Shown piece after piece: positions 42,994 to 54,407 of a stretch of 64,000 bases of DNA. The notes beneath the pieces are model-generated. The model was not told the DNA's origin. It did not search any database and worked only from the letters and a program-made list of their open reading frames with translations. The position numbers and the translations under genes are program-made. The DNA is from Clostridia bacterium (lineage in GTDB: Bacteria > Bacillota > Clostridia > TANB77 > CAG-508). Each line of letters begins with the position of its first letter. Positions within the stretch are counted from its first letter, which is position 1. The DNA lies in the NCBI GenBank assembly GCA_045643205.1, contig JAZUKI010000005.1, positions 9,433-73,432 on the forward strand. The letters run 5' to 3'.

Positions 42994-43417
42994 CTTGATC
43001 ACCATCCATTTCTTTCTTAACTATTTTTGTTCTAACAGATAGTTTGCTTCCTGCAAGTGTTAATGCTTTCTTAGCAACTTCGTCTGTACAACCATCGATT
43101 TCAAACATTATTCTTCCTGGTTTTACAGGTGCTACCCATCTTTCAACATTACCTTTTCCTTTACCCATACGAGTTCCGATAGGCTTTGCTGTTTCTGGAT
43201 GATCTGGGAAGATTCTGATCCAGAATTTTGCATCTCTACTTGCTGATCTTGTCATAGCAACACGGGCTGCTTCGATTTGGTTAGAAGTAATATGACCTAG
43301 TTCACATGCTTGTAAACCAAATTTTCCATTAGCAATTACGTTTCCTCTTGTTGCTTTTCCTCTATTTCTACCTTTTTGTTGTTTTCTGTATTTTGTTTTC
43401 TTAGGCATCAATGGCAT
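42980..43417 (-). CDS. rplP: 50S ribosomal protein L16
   Basis: QIEAAR, RIFPD, RMGKGKG; start chosen by RBS spacing. Confidence 0.97.
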   Translation of the reverse strand: MPLMPKKTKYRKQQKGRNRGKATRGNVIANGKFGLQACELGHITSNQIEAARVAMTRSASRDAKFWIRIFPDHPETAKPIGTRMGKGKGNVERWVAPVKPGRIMFEIDGCTDEVAKKALTLAGSKLSVRTKIVKKEMDGDQDEDK

Positions 43418-44087
43418 CGTCATTTCCTCCTTCCATCTTAACTTTTACGTTTCTTTTTTCTGGAAGAACTTCGCCTTTATATATCCAAACTTTAACACCA
43501 ACTTTTCCGTATGTTGTATTTGCTTCTGCAAATCCATAATCAATGTCAGCTCTTAATGTTTGAAGTGGAATAGAACCTTCTTTATAGAATTCTGTTCTAG
43601 CCATATCAGCTCCGCCTAATCTTCCTGAGCATGCTGTTTTAATACCAAAAGCTCCTGCTTTTAATGTTCTTTGCATGCATTGTTTCATAGCACGTCTGAA
43701 TGAAATTCTTCTTTCTAGTTGTCCGGCAATATCTTCTGCTACTAATTGAGCATTAAGATCTTTGTCTTTAACTTCAACAATGTTTAAATTAACATGTTTA
43801 TCAATCATTTTTTCTAATTCGTTCTTTAATTGTTCAGCTAAGTTTCCGCCTTTTCCAATTACAAGGCCTGGCTTTGCTGTATAAACGTTTACTTTTACAA
43901 ACTTAGATGTTCTTTCGATTTCAATTTTAGAAATTCCAGCAGCATATAGTTTTTTCTTAACATAAGTACGAATTTTATGGTCTTCTACTAAATATTCGCC
44001 ATAATTTTTCTTGTTAGCATACCATTTTGAATCCCAGTCATTGATAACTCCGACTCTAAGTCCACGTGGATCTACTTTTTGTCCCAT
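43401..44087 (-). CDS. rpsC: 30S ribosomal protein S3
   Basis: [29 protein letters not shown]. Confidence 0.99.
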   Translation of the reverse strand: MGQKVDPRGLRVGVINDWDSKWYANKKNYGEYLVEDHKIRTYVKKKLYAAGISKIEIERTSKFVKVNVYTAKPGLVIGKGGNLAEQLKNELEKMIDKHVNLNIVEVKDKDLNAQLVAEDIAGQLERRISFRRAMKQCMQRTLKAGAFGIKTACSGRLGGADMARTEFYKEGSIPLQTLRADIDYGFAEANTTYGKVGVKVWIYKGEVLPEKRNVKVKMEGGNDDAIDA

Positions 44088-44114
44088 AACTTTGTATTTG
44101 CCTCCTTCTTATAA

Positions 44115-44735
44115 TTAATCGCGCTCTTTTAATACTATTGTAGTATTACTTGTTCTTTTTCTAATTCTTACTGCGCTTCCTTTTGCTGCGGCTCTAATTC
44201 TCTTTAATGTAGGGCCTTGATTTGAATAAATCTCAGCAATATATAATTTGCTGTGTGTCATGTTGTAATTGTTTTCTGCATTTGCAATAGCTGATTTTAA
44301 TAATTTGTATAATACTTCTGTACCAGCTTTTGGTGTGAATTGTAAAATTGCTAATGCTTCATCAACATCTTTTCCTCTAATTAAATCTGCAACGATTTTA
44401 ACTTTTCTAGATGAAATTCTTGCATATTTAACTGTAGCTTTAGCAGAATCAACTGCTTTAACTTCTTTATTTGCTTTCTTAACTGTTGTAGCTTTTTCTG
44501 ATTTTACTTCAGCTTTAGCTGTTTCAGTTTTTGTTGCAGCTTTTGTTGTTGTTTTCTTTTCTGTAGCTGCTTTTGTTGTAGCTTTTGTTTCAGTAGCTTT
44601 CTTTTCAACTGTTTTCTTTGCAGCTGTTGTTTTCTTTTCAGCTGTTGTTTTAGCTGTTGTTGTTTTCTTAGCTGTTGTAGATTTTGTAGTTGTTGTTTTC
44701 TTTGTTGCTACTTTCTTTTTTTTCTCGTCTGCCAC
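44115..44735 (-). CDS. rplV: 50S ribosomal protein L22 with ~95-aa Lys/Thr/Ala-rich N-terminal extension
   Basis: Core RISSRKVKIVADLIRG, SAIANAENN, GPTLKR; GTG start at 44735 behind AAGGAGG. Confidence 0.95.
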   Translation of the reverse strand: MADEKKKKVATKKTTTTKSTTAKKTTTAKTTAEKKTTAAKKTVEKKATETKATTKAATEKKTTTKAATKTETAKAEVKSEKATTVKKANKEVKAVDSAKATVKYARISSRKVKIVADLIRGKDVDEALAILQFTPKAGTEVLYKLLKSAIANAENNYNMTHSKLYIAEIYSNQGPTLKRIRAAAKGSAVRIRKRTSNTTIVLKERD

Positions 44736-44789
44736 AATAATTTCCTCCTTCATTAATTTTTATATGAATTAACTCTTTATATTCATTAA

Positions 44790-45074
44790 TTATTTTGCAC
44801 TAGCTGATGCTGCTTTTTGTCCGCTATGACCTTTGAAAGTTCTAGTTGGAGCAAATTCTCCTAATTTATGTCCAATCATTTCTTCTGTTATATAGATTGG
44901 AACATGCTTTCTTCCGTCATGAACAGCAATTGTAAGTCCTACCATTTGTGGATAAATTGTAGAAGCTCTTGACCATGTCTTAATAACTTCTTTGTTTCCA
45001 CTTTCGTTCATTGCGTCTACTCTCTTTAATAATTCAGGTGCAATGAATGGTTTCTTTTTACTTGATCTTGACAT
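44790..45074 (-). CDS. rpsS: 30S ribosomal protein S19
   Basis: [16 protein letters not shown]. Confidence 0.99.
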   Translation of the reverse strand: MSRSSKKKPFIAPELLKRVDAMNESGNKEVIKTWSRASTIYPQMVGLTIAVHDGRKHVPIYITEEMIGHKLGEFAPTRTFKGHSGQKAASASAK

Positions 45075-45093
45075 TTAAATTACTCCTTCCTTA

Positions 45094-45921
45094 TTATTTT
45101 CTTCTCTTTGTTATTAATCTGTTAGACTTTTTATGTTTTGCTCTTGTCTTATATCCAAGTGCTGGTTTACCCCAAGGTGTCATTGGACCTGCATGTCCTA
45201 CTGGTGCTTTTCCTTCACCACCACCATGAGGGTGATCGTTAGGGTTCATTGCTGATCCTCTAACCTCAGGACGTTTTCCTAAATGTCTTGTAGCTCCGGC
45301 TTTACCTAATTTAACATTTTCATGTTCTTCATTTCCGATAACACCGATTGTAGCTTTACATGTATCTAATACTAATCTCATTTCTCCAGAAGGTAATCTT
45401 AAATGTACATATTTTCCTTCTTTAGCCATAAGTTGTGCAGATTGTCCTGCAACTCTAACAAGTTTTGCTCCTTGATTTGGATTAATTTCAATATTATGAA
45501 TTAATGTACCAACAGGGATGTTTGCCATCTTCATGCAGTTTCCAACTCTAATGTCAGCTTTTTCTGCAGAAATAACTTTATCTCCGTTCTTTAATCCTTT
45601 AGGTGCTAAGATGTAACTTAATGTTCCATCTTCATATTTTATTAAAGCGATATTTGCTGATCTGTTTGGATCGTATTCAATTCCGATTACTTCAGCTTTC
45701 ATATCAACTTTGTTTCTCTTGAAATCAATAATTCTATATTTTTGTCTATTTCCACCACCTTGATGTCTTACTGTGATTTTACCTTGAGCATTTCTTCCTG
45801 ATTTTTGTTTCTTTACAGCTAGTAAAGATTTTTCAGGAGTTTTCTTTGTGATTTCAGCAAAATCAGAAACAGATTTATTTCTAAGTGTTGGAGTTGTTGG
45901 TCTAAATTTTCTTGTTCCCAT
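45094..45921 (-). CDS. rplB: 50S ribosomal protein L2
   Basis: [27 protein letters not shown]. Confidence 0.99.
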   Translation of the reverse strand: MGTRKFRPTTPTLRNKSVSDFAEITKKTPEKSLLAVKKQKSGRNAQGKITVRHQGGGNRQKYRIIDFKRNKVDMKAEVIGIEYDPNRSANIALIKYEDGTLSYILAPKGLKNGDKVISAEKADIRVGNCMKMANIPVGTLIHNIEINPNQGAKLVRVAGQSAQLMAKEGKYVHLRLPSGEMRLVLDTCKATIGVIGNEEHENVKLGKAGATRHLGKRPEVRGSAMNPNDHPHGGGEGKAPVGHAGPMTPWGKPALGYKTRAKHKKSNRLITKRRK

Positions 45922-46020
45922 TTTTATTTCTCCTTATTTTTTTATATAACGTTTTTTCCTGCCGTTATTACAGATATTCTTTAATATCCGAGTAATTTCT
46001 CGATAGTTGGATTAACTTAA

Positions 46021-46361
46021 TTAGTTAATTCCTTCAATTGAAGTATTTACTTTCTTGCTAACCTTTGTTGCTTTACCTTTCTTTCCTAAATACTCTTTGT
46101 CTGTAGGATTTGTGTCGATAACAACGATTGCTTTTTTCCAATCAGATGTTTTTCCTTCATATCTTCCTACTCTTTTCATTTTTCCTTTTACGTTAATTGT
46201 ATTAACATCAAGAACTTTTACATTGAATAATTTTTCAACAGCATTCTTAATATCAATCTTAGTAGCTTTCTTATTTACTTTGAAAACATACTTTCCATTA
46301 GCAATATCTTCATTGCTTTTTTCAGTAACGATAGGTTTTACGATAATATCTTCTGCAACCA

Positions 46362-46362
<1 letters not shown>
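46021..46362 (-). CDS. rplW: 50S ribosomal protein L23 (C-terminal extension)
   Basis: [27 protein letters not shown]. Confidence 0.97.
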
Positions 46363-46982
<620 letters not shown>

Positions 46983-47001
46983 ATCTATCTGTCCTCCTTT
47001 C

Positions 47002-47631
47002 CTATGCTTTTACACTTGATTTAATTTTTAATATAGAACCCTTAGCTCCAGGAACGCTTCCTTTAACTAAGATAACATTCTTGTCTGTATCAACTCTAAC
47101 AATTGCTAAATTTTGAATTGTTATTGTTTGTACACCCATATGTCCTGGTAATCTCTTACCCTTGTATACTCTACCTGGTGTAGATGTAGATCCCATTGAA
47201 CCTGGTCTTCTATGATACATAGAACCATGTCCCATAGGTCCTCTTGATTGTCCCCAACGTTTGATAACGCCTTGGAATCCTTTTCCTTTTGAAGTTCCTT
47301 GGATATCAACTTTTTCGCCTTCTGCAAATACATCAGCTTTAAGTTCATCTCCAACTTTAATTCCTTCAATTGAATCAAGTCTTACTTCTTTTAAATATTT
47401 TTTAGGAGCAATATTGCTCTTTTTAAATTTTCCTAATTCTGGTTTGTTTAATTTTGATTCTTTAACTTCACCAAATCCTAATTGTACAGCTGTGTAACCA
47501 TCTTGTTCTACTGTTTTGATTTGTGTAACAGTACATGGTCCAACTTCGATTGCTGTAACAGGAATTGTTTTTCCGTTTTCGTCGAAAATTTGTGTCATTC
47601 CGACTTTCTTTCCTATTAATGCCTTCTTCAT
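47002..47631 (-). CDS. rplC: 50S ribosomal protein L3
   Basis: [27 protein letters not shown]. Confidence 0.99.
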   Translation of the reverse strand: MKKALIGKKVGMTQIFDENGKTIPVTAIEVGPCTVTQIKTVEQDGYTAVQLGFGEVKESKLNKPELGKFKKSNIAPKKYLKEVRLDSIEGIKVGDELKADVFAEGEKVDIQGTSKGKGFQGVIKRWGQSRGPMGHGSMYHRRPGSMGSTSTPGRVYKGKRLPGHMGVQTITIQNLAIVRVDTDKNVILVKGSVPGAKGSILKIKSSVKA

Positions 47632-47786
47632 TATTTCCTCCTATTGGCTAACTTTCTGTTAGCTTGGCTTTTTGAAACATTCTAAATATTTAATGCTTCA
47701 ATTTGATTTTGTTAATATTTAAATTCTAAATTATTTTAATTAGAAACTTTATAAGTAATTATATAAAGTAATTAATCAATTATAAT

Positions 47787-48137
47787 TTATAGTTTAATTT
47801 CAATATCAACACCTGCTGGTAATTCAATTTTCATTAAACTATCAACTGTTTTTTGAGTTGGATATAAAATATCGATAACTCTTTTATGAGTTCTTAACTC
47901 AAATTGTTCTCTAGAATCTTTGTGTTTGTGTGGAGAACGTAAGATTGTAACAACTTCTTTGTCAGTTGGAAGTGGAATAGGTCCTGAAACTTTTGCTCCT
48001 GTCTTTTTAGCAGTATCTACTATCTTTTCAGCAGACTGTTCTAAAACAACATGATCATAAGCTTTTAATCTTATTCTGATCTTCTCACTTTTTGTTGAAA
48101 CTGTTTTTTCTGTTTTTGTCTCTTTCTTTGTTGCCAT
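47787..48137 (-). CDS. rpsJ: 30S ribosomal protein S10
   Basis: [23 protein letters not shown]. Confidence 0.99.
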   Translation of the reverse strand: MATKKETKTEKTVSTKSEKIRIRLKAYDHVVLEQSAEKIVDTAKKTGAKVSGPIPLPTDKEVVTILRSPHKHKDSREQFELRTHKRVIDILYPTQKTVDSLMKIELPAGVDIEIKL

Positions 48138-48269
48138 TGTTTTCCCTCCTTAAAAATTTTGTTTTTAGGTCGGATTTTATAAATGTACCCTGGTGTTTCT
48201 TTTATAACCATTAAAAAATCCAAAGAACGCATGATAATTCCTTGGCAAAAAAGTACTAACTTTATAAAA

Positions 48270-48375
48270 TTTGCCGCCTGGTCTTAGCCATAACATACTC
48301 CATAGAAGTTCCCTCCATCGCCCGTTTCAAAAGGTGTGTAGCCACATTCTACTTCAACGCATTATTTAACATGCC
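48270..48375 (-). promoter_or_regulatory. S10-operon leader RNA (r-leader candidate)
   Basis: GC-richer 5' UTR on minus strand: GCGTTGAAGTAGAA...ACACACC...TTCTATGGAG, resembling (from memory) the conserved Firmicute rpsJ leader; boundaries approximate. Confidence 0.65.
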
Positions 48376-48380
48376 CCTCT

Positions 48381-48409
48381 ATTATACCTCGGGGCGTTTC
48401 CAAAGTCAA
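48381..48409 (-). promoter_or_regulatory. sigmaA promoter of the S10 operon
   Basis: TTGACT-N17-TATAAT. Confidence 0.85.
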
Positions 48410-48462
48410 GCATTTTTTCGTTATTTTTCAGTATTTTTAGTATTTTTTTGCATGTTTTTTAT

Positions 48463-48499
48463 AAAAAAATAATAAGCCCTATTTTTAGAGCTTATTATT
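48463..48499 (-). terminator. Terminator after the 398-aa gene
   Basis: AAATAATAAGC.CTA/TAG.GCTTATTATTT hairpin with U tract. Confidence 0.7.
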
Positions 48500-48587
48500 T
48501 GAATTATTTCCTTATTTTTTATCTTTTTTTATCTTTTTTGTTTTATAGTTTGTTATTTTTATAGTTTGTTTCTATTATTGTATAATT

Positions 48588-49784
48588 TTAGAATTCTATA
48601 TCGCCTAAATCATCAGTTTTCTTTGTTTTTGTAGCATTCTCTGGTTGGCTTTCTATATTTAGTAGTTGACTGTAATCTTTTTTAGGATCTCTACTTAGTT
48701 TTTCCAAATATCTTTTTTCTTTTTCTGAAGCTTTTTGGCATTCTCTTACAATCTTTTGCATTCCTGTTATTTGTTTTCTTGATTGCAAATTTTCTTTTTC
48801 TATTTTTTCTAATAAATCTTTATTGCTTATTGGTACATACTCTTTATTTATATGATCATATATATACCTTGCAAATTTTTGCTCTTTGTTTTTAGTATGA
48901 ATTACTGTAAATATTTCAATAACTTCTTTAGGTAATTTTGTAGTTTCATCAATTGTATATAAGTTATCTATTCTAAAATTTTCTTTTTCTTTATAACTAA
49001 GTCCATATTTAAGCATTTGCCAATATATTCTTGTTCTCTCTGTATATCCTAAATTCTTTATTCCAGGAATTCTAGATATATCTCTAAACATTACTTCAAC
49101 TCTTTCTTTAAAAGGTATACTTGTAAACATAGGATCATAAAAAGATTCTTCATTTTCTTCATCATATACATTAGTTGATAAAAATTTATTTCTAAGTTTA
49201 CTAATATATTTTCCTCCACTATAGTCGTAGTTTGTAAATCCTATGCTTTTATCTAATGCTATTTTTTCTTCTTCTCCTAAAATTCTATCGCATTGATAAT
49301 CATCCTCATCATGAAATCCAAAGAAATCTGTCATACAATTTAGTTGTATATTAATTAAATCTCTCTGTAAATCACAAGAATAAAAGTGACCATCTAATTT
49401 AGCTGAAACACTATCATGAGGTATTGTTATTAAACCTGCACCATAATTTATATAGCTTTCAATTCCTACTGCTCTTAATGTATTTGCATATAATCTATTT
49501 AAATCTACACATATACCTTTAAATTTTTTATTTTCTTTAATTTGATTAAATTCAATAACATTTTCTTTAGCTAATTTAAAAATTCTTTTCTGTGCTTTGC
49601 TATTTCCTGCCAAAAATCTTTCATCATATGATAATAATTTTCCTAAATTAATATATATGTATCTTGCTTTTTGTAATTCAGTATAATCCTTTGGAATTTC
49701 ATCTATCATTTTTTCAATAGCATTTTCATATATTCTAGGTATGTTCTTTTGTTCTGTTGGTAGTATTTTTGTTTTATCTTCCAT
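48588..49784 (-). CDS. Transglutaminase-like (Cys-His-Asp) domain hypothetical protein
   Basis: KARYIY..L....YD, GICVD....Y...L..VGI, PH, .CDL in transglutaminase-like order and spacing. Confidence 0.65.
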   Translation of the reverse strand: MEDKTKILPTEQKNIPRIYENAIEKMIDEIPKDYTELQKARYIYINLGKLLSYDERFLAGNSKAQKRIFKLAKENVIEFNQIKENKKFKGICVDLNRLYANTLRAVGIESYINYGAGLITIPHDSVSAKLDGHFYSCDLQRDLINIQLNCMTDFFGFHDEDDYQCDRILGEEEKIALDKSIGFTNYDYSGGKYISKLRNKFLSTNVYDEENEESFYDPMFTSIPFKERVEVMFRDISRIPGIKNLGYTERTRIYWQMLKYGLSYKEKENFRIDNLYTIDETTKLPKEVIEIFTVIHTKNKEQKFARYIYDHINKEYVPISNKDLLEKIEKENLQSRKQITGMQKIVRECQKASEKEKRYLEKLSRDPKKDYSQLLNIESQPENATKTKKTDDLGDIEF

Positions 49785-49810
49785 GTTATGCCTTTCATAT
49801 TTTGTAGTTA

Positions 49811-51409
49811 TTATTTTTTCATTAAATCTTTAATATATTCAACTGCTTCATTTGAATCTAATCTTAAGAATATTGGAGTTCCTTGTTCTGCAACTTTTAC
49901 ATTTTTAAGTTCTTTATATTCTTGAAGTAAATTCCAATTAATATTAAAACTATCTAATCCTAATTGTCTGAATATTTCATCAGATGTTTTTTTCATTAAT
50001 GGTCTGATTAAAATTGCAATGCTTCTTAAGTTTGCAACTAGGTGATACATTACTGATTTTAAATTTTCAATTCTTTTTGTTCTTTCTTCAGCTGTTTCTC
50101 CTTCTATATCTTTTGCTAATGTCCAAGGAGCTGTGTCATCAATATATTTGTTTGTTAGGTGAACTAACTCCCAAATATCTTGAAGTGAACTTGAGAATTC
50201 ACAATCATTAATATCTTTTTCATATTTTTCTATTGCAGTTTGTACTGCATTTTCAATATCAATATCAACTTGGTTTTCTAATCCTTGGTATTCATCAATT
50301 TCTCCGCCAAAGTATTTATTAACCATAGCCACTGTACGATTTAATAAGTTTCCTAAATCATTGCATAAATCAGAATTGTAATTTTCAACAAATTGTTCAG
50401 GTGTGAACAATCCATCTGAGTTTGATGGAACAATTTTTATTAAGCAATATTTTGTTGCATCAAGTCCATATTTTTCTATTAATTGTTCTGGGTAAATTAC
50501 ATTTCCTTTTGATTTACTCATCTTGCCATCTTTCATTGTAATCCAGTTATGAACATAAATTGTTTTTGGTAATGGTAAGTCTAATGCCATTAAGAATATT
50601 GGCCAATATATTAAATGGAATCTTGCTATGTCTTTTCCAACTACATGCATATCAGCTGGCCAAAATTTGTTAAATAATGTTTCATCATCACTTCCATATC
50701 CAAGTGCTGTGATGTAGTTTGTTAGAGCATCAAGCCAAACATAAACAACATGTTTTGGATCACTTAATACTTGAACTCCCCAATCAAATGATGTACGTGT
50801 TACGCATAAATCTTCAAGTCCTGGTTTGATAAAGTTATTTATCATTTCTGTTTTTCTATAACTTGGTTTTACAAAATCAGGATGTGAATCATAATATTCT
50901 AATAATTTATCTGCATATTTTTTCATATTGAAAAAGTATGCTTCTTCTTTCATCTTCTTTACTTCTCTTCCACAGTCAGGACATTTTCCTTCTACTACTT
51001 GTGTTTCTGTAAAGTAACTTTCACAAGGTTCACAATACCAACCTTCGTATGTTCCCTTGTAGATATCACCTTGTTTTAAAAATCTTTCAAATATTTTTTG
51101 TACCGCTTCAACATGAAAATCATCTGTTGTTCTTATAAATTGGTTGTATTCAATGTCCATGTCTTTCCAAAGGTTCTTTGCCATGTCAGCCATTTTATCA
51201 ACATATTCTTTTGGTGTTTCATTTGCTTCTATAGATTTTGTTTGAATCTTTTGTCCATGTTCATCAGCACCAGTAAGCATGTAGCATTCATCGCCTTTTA
51301 ACTCATGGTATTTCTTTACCATGTTTGTTAAAACCTCACAATATGCTGTACCAATATGGTATTTTCCACTTGGATAATAAATTGGTGTTGTAATATAAAA
51401 TTTACTCAT
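49811..51409 (-). CDS. metG: Methionyl-tRNA synthetase (short form, no C-terminal tRNA-binding domain)
   Basis: FYITTPIYYPSG, HIGT (HIGH variant), DEHGQK, YVWLDAL, GKDI, KMSKS. Confidence 0.97.
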   Translation of the reverse strand: MSKFYITTPIYYPSGKYHIGTAYCEVLTNMVKKYHELKGDECYMLTGADEHGQKIQTKSIEANETPKEYVDKMADMAKNLWKDMDIEYNQFIRTTDDFHVEAVQKIFERFLKQGDIYKGTYEGWYCEPCESYFTETQVVEGKCPDCGREVKKMKEEAYFFNMKKYADKLLEYYDSHPDFVKPSYRKTEMINNFIKPGLEDLCVTRTSFDWGVQVLSDPKHVVYVWLDALTNYITALGYGSDDETLFNKFWPADMHVVGKDIARFHLIYWPIFLMALDLPLPKTIYVHNWITMKDGKMSKSKGNVIYPEQLIEKYGLDATKYCLIKIVPSNSDGLFTPEQFVENYNSDLCNDLGNLLNRTVAMVNKYFGGEIDEYQGLENQVDIDIENAVQTAIEKYEKDINDCEFSSSLQDIWELVHLTNKYIDDTAPWTLAKDIEGETAEERTKRIENLKSVMYHLVANLRSIAILIRPLMKKTSDEIFRQLGLDSFNINWNLLQEYKELKNVKVAEQGTPIFLRLDSNEAVEYIKDLMKK

Positions 51410-52346
51410 GCTTTCCCTTCTTTCCTTTATAAGATGATGATATTAAAATCTTTTTAATTAATGATTTTAAATTTCTTGCTTTTATATATTTTCCTATTCT
51501 TCTTTTCTTCAATTCATCTTTATAAAATTTGTCTAATATTTTATTGTTCTTTAATTCTTTTCTAACAGCAATCAATGAATATACTCCATAGATTCCTACG
51601 TTTTCTTTTGTTTCTTTTGCTAAGTCCATTTTAGAAGATGTTTCAATAATACTATCGAATGATGTTAGCATATCTTCTAATCTTTTTTTAATTTTATCTT
51701 CATCATTTCCTCTAGTGATACTGTATACTGTTTGAACATAGTGATATTCATGATCAGGTAATACTGCTGCTTTTTTACTTTTTAAAAGTATTAATGGCAT
51801 TATTGCAAAATCTTCATGATATTTTCCAACTGGAAATTTCATAACTATATCTTTTCTAATTGCATAAAGCCATACACCACATAATAGTGGTTCAATTCCA
51901 TATAGTTTATTAAATGCTTCTTCACCAGTCATGATTCCAACTATTTTATTTTCTGGAACAGCAATTTCTTTTAGATATTCATCTTCAATATATGGATTCC
52001 ATTTAATTAAATCACATTCTGCATTGACACATCCTTGTATGTCTTGAAGTAATGTTTCACTAATATAATCATCACTATCAACAAAGATAATATAATCTCC
52101 TGCAGCTTGATCAATTAAAAAGTTTCTTGTTGCTGAAACTCCTTCATTTTCTTTGAAAAAATATTTAACGTTTTCATATTCATCAGCATATTTTTTTGAA
52201 ATTTCTTTTGTATTATCATTTGAACCATCATCAGCAATTATTATTTCATATTCCATATCGCTTGGATGTTGATTTAATATTGAGTCTATTGTTCTTGATA
52301 AAGTTGTACCTGCATTATACGCTGGTATTAAAAAACTAATATTCAT
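51402..52346 (-). CDS. GT2 family glycosyltransferase
   Basis: IPAYN, DDGS, FVDSDD, HED. Confidence 0.92.
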   Translation of the reverse strand: MNISFLIPAYNAGTTLSRTIDSILNQHPSDMEYEIIIADDGSNDNTKEISKKYADEYENVKYFFKENEGVSATRNFLIDQAAGDYIIFVDSDDYISETLLQDIQGCVNAECDLIKWNPYIEDEYLKEIAVPENKIVGIMTGEEAFNKLYGIEPLLCGVWLYAIRKDIVMKFPVGKYHEDFAIMPLILLKSKKAAVLPDHEYHYVQTVYSITRGNDEDKIKKRLEDMLTSFDSIIETSSKMDLAKETKENVGIYGVYSLIAVRKELKNNKILDKFYKDELKKRRIGKYIKARNLKSLIKKILISSSYKGKKGKHE

Positions 52347-52357
52347 AATTTCCTCAC

Positions 52358-53443
52358 TTATTTATCATTGTTCATAACTGAAGCTAATGTATTTATAACA
52401 TTTTGATTGTATACATTTGGTGAAAATGGTTGCATTCTGAAACCTTGTTGTAAGAATTGTCTCATTCCATTTAAAACACCTGTATCTGAATTTTCAGTTA
52501 CAATTCCATATTTTCCTTCTATGTCTGATTTAGCATCAGAAACATCTGTTGTAATTATAGGTATGCCTAAGCTTAAAGCTTCAAGCCAAACTACTGGATA
52601 TCCTTCAAATTGTGATGACATAAGAAGTGCACTTGATTGTGCCATATAGCAATATGGATTTAATTTTGCTCCAAAGAAATGAATATTAGGTAAGTTTTGA
52701 GAATGTTCTTTATATTGCTCCATATCTGGACCATCACCTAATATTGCAACTCTGAATTTATATCCTTCTTGGCATAATCTTCTTGTTGCTTCAATAATTC
52801 TGCTAATTTTCTTTTGATTTTCATCTAATCTACAAACACTAATAAATGTAGGAATATTGCTTCTTACTATTTCATTTTGTGGTTGCGCTGCTTTTCTTCT
52901 AACATCATTAAAATCAATTAGGTTATTACATCTAACTAATTTAGATAATAAATTTGGCATTAATGATGCAAATACTTTTCTATCTTTTTCAGAAACAAAA
53001 ACAATTTTTTTGTATTCTTCAACTTTTAGTTCGTTATAAAATCTTTTATATTTTATAACATCACCTTGATAAAATTCTAAGTAATCATTGTGTACCCAAA
53101 GTATTGGATTCTCACTTGCTGTACGTGCTACAAATGAACATGGATATGAATATGTAGCATAGCAAATTGATGCATCAAATTTGTTCTCGTATTCTTTCTT
53201 GAATGCAATTTGTTTTTGTAAATTTATTGTTTTTCTAATAGCTCCAATTGCAAAGTCACTTACACTATATGTGATAACATTTACTTCTTTAGGTAAAATA
53301 TCTAAATATTCACCTTCTTTTTTCTCTAGACATAATGTAATTTCATATTGTTTTGTTGCTAACAATGTGTATATTAAATTTAATAAAGCTTTTTCAATAC
53401 CTCCAATTTTTAATGAGTGTGTTGAAATTAATATTTTTTTCAT
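52358..53443 (-). CDS. GT4 family (GT-B) glycosyltransferase
   Basis: GGIEK, GDGP, NPY, SQFEGYPVVWLEALSLG. Confidence 0.9.
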   Translation of the reverse strand: MKKILISTHSLKIGGIEKALLNLIYTLLATKQYEITLCLEKKEGEYLDILPKEVNVITYSVSDFAIGAIRKTINLQKQIAFKKEYENKFDASICYATYSYPCSFVARTASENPILWVHNDYLEFYQGDVIKYKRFYNELKVEEYKKIVFVSEKDRKVFASLMPNLLSKLVRCNNLIDFNDVRRKAAQPQNEIVRSNIPTFISVCRLDENQKKISRIIEATRRLCQEGYKFRVAILGDGPDMEQYKEHSQNLPNIHFFGAKLNPYCYMAQSSALLMSSQFEGYPVVWLEALSLGIPIITTDVSDAKSDIEGKYGIVTENSDTGVLNGMRQFLQQGFRMQPFSPNVYNQNVINTLASVMNNDK

Positions 53444-53553
53444 AAAACCAACCTTCTTAATAAAATTTAATCATTCGTATATTTTTATATACTGTTTGTG
53501 ATATTTTTATTTAACTGTTTTTGAATAACTTCTTACTATATTCTCTTATATTC

Positions 53554-54195
53554 TTAGTTTGTGATAGTTACAACATTGTATCCTAAAAATAATCCTGATT
53601 CTATTACGCCTGGAATAGATTTAATTTTCTTTTCTAAGTCCATTCCAATATCAGTAAATCTTGCATCTAAAATTGCATTATTATTTTCTGTCATTCCTCT
53701 AAAAATTGTTTCTGTTGCACCAATTTTAGTTAACTCGTTAGAAACATAGTTAACCGCTGCTGGGAATACTTCCACTGGAACTGGGTGAGATTCTCCTAGT
53801 TTTTTTACAAGTTTTGTACTATCTACTAAAATGTATGTTAATGGTGAATTTACAATGTTTAGTTTTTCTTTAAACATTGCTCTTCCCATACCTTTAATCA
53901 TATTGTTCTTTTCATCAACTTCATCAGCTCCATCAAAAGCCCAATCAAGTTCATTTTCTAATAAGTTTCCTATCTTTATTCCATAACTTTTGCAAAGTTC
54001 TTCCATCTCTTTAGATGTAGGAATAGCAGTAATGTTAAGTCTTTCGCTTTGAACTTTCTTTCCTATTTCTAATGCTGCTAAATATGAAGTACTTCCCCAA
54101 CCAAATCCAATTGTTTGTCCATCTTGGACTTTTTGTGTTATTAGTTTTGCAAGTGCTTCTTTTGCCTCTCTATTGGTAATATGTTCAATGTCCAT
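53554..54195 (-). CDS. rpiA: Ribose-5-phosphate isomerase A
   Basis: GFGWGST, DGADEVD, IKGMGRA..KEK, PVEV, PGVIESGLF. Confidence 0.93.
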   Translation of the reverse strand: MDIEHITNREAKEALAKLITQKVQDGQTIGFGWGSTSYLAALEIGKKVQSERLNITAIPTSKEMEELCKSYGIKIGNLLENELDWAFDGADEVDEKNNMIKGMGRAMFKEKLNIVNSPLTYILVDSTKLVKKLGESHPVPVEVFPAAVNYVSNELTKIGATETIFRGMTENNNAILDARFTDIGMDLEKKIKSIPGVIESGLFLGYNVVTITN

Positions 54196-54271
54196 ATTTC
54201 CCTCCTAATTTGCATAATTATACACATTATATTGTATATTTTTCTGGTGAATTTGTAAAGATTTAAGAGTC

Positions 54272-54301
54272 AAAAAGAAAGGCTTTTTAGGGCCTTTCTT
54301 T
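54272..54301 (-). terminator. Terminator after the surface-protein pair
   Basis: AAGAAAGGC/GCCTTTCTT hairpin with U tract. Confidence 0.75.
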
Positions 54302-54407
54302 ATAGTTTTTAAGTAATTTTTAAGTTGTTAAAATTTACTGATTTTATTATTGATTTTTATTAATTAATTTTATTTATAAATTTATTAATTAATTTTAATA
54401 ATAATTT

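Noticed and set aside
47121-47378. 85-aa minus-strand ORF overlapping rplC
   Set aside because: Out-of-frame overlap within a highly conserved ribosomal gene, with no independent evidence of translation
51340-51365. HIGT instead of HIGH in MetRS
   Set aside because: Substitution at the last HIGH position is a known variation in class I synthetases, and the rest of the enzyme is intact
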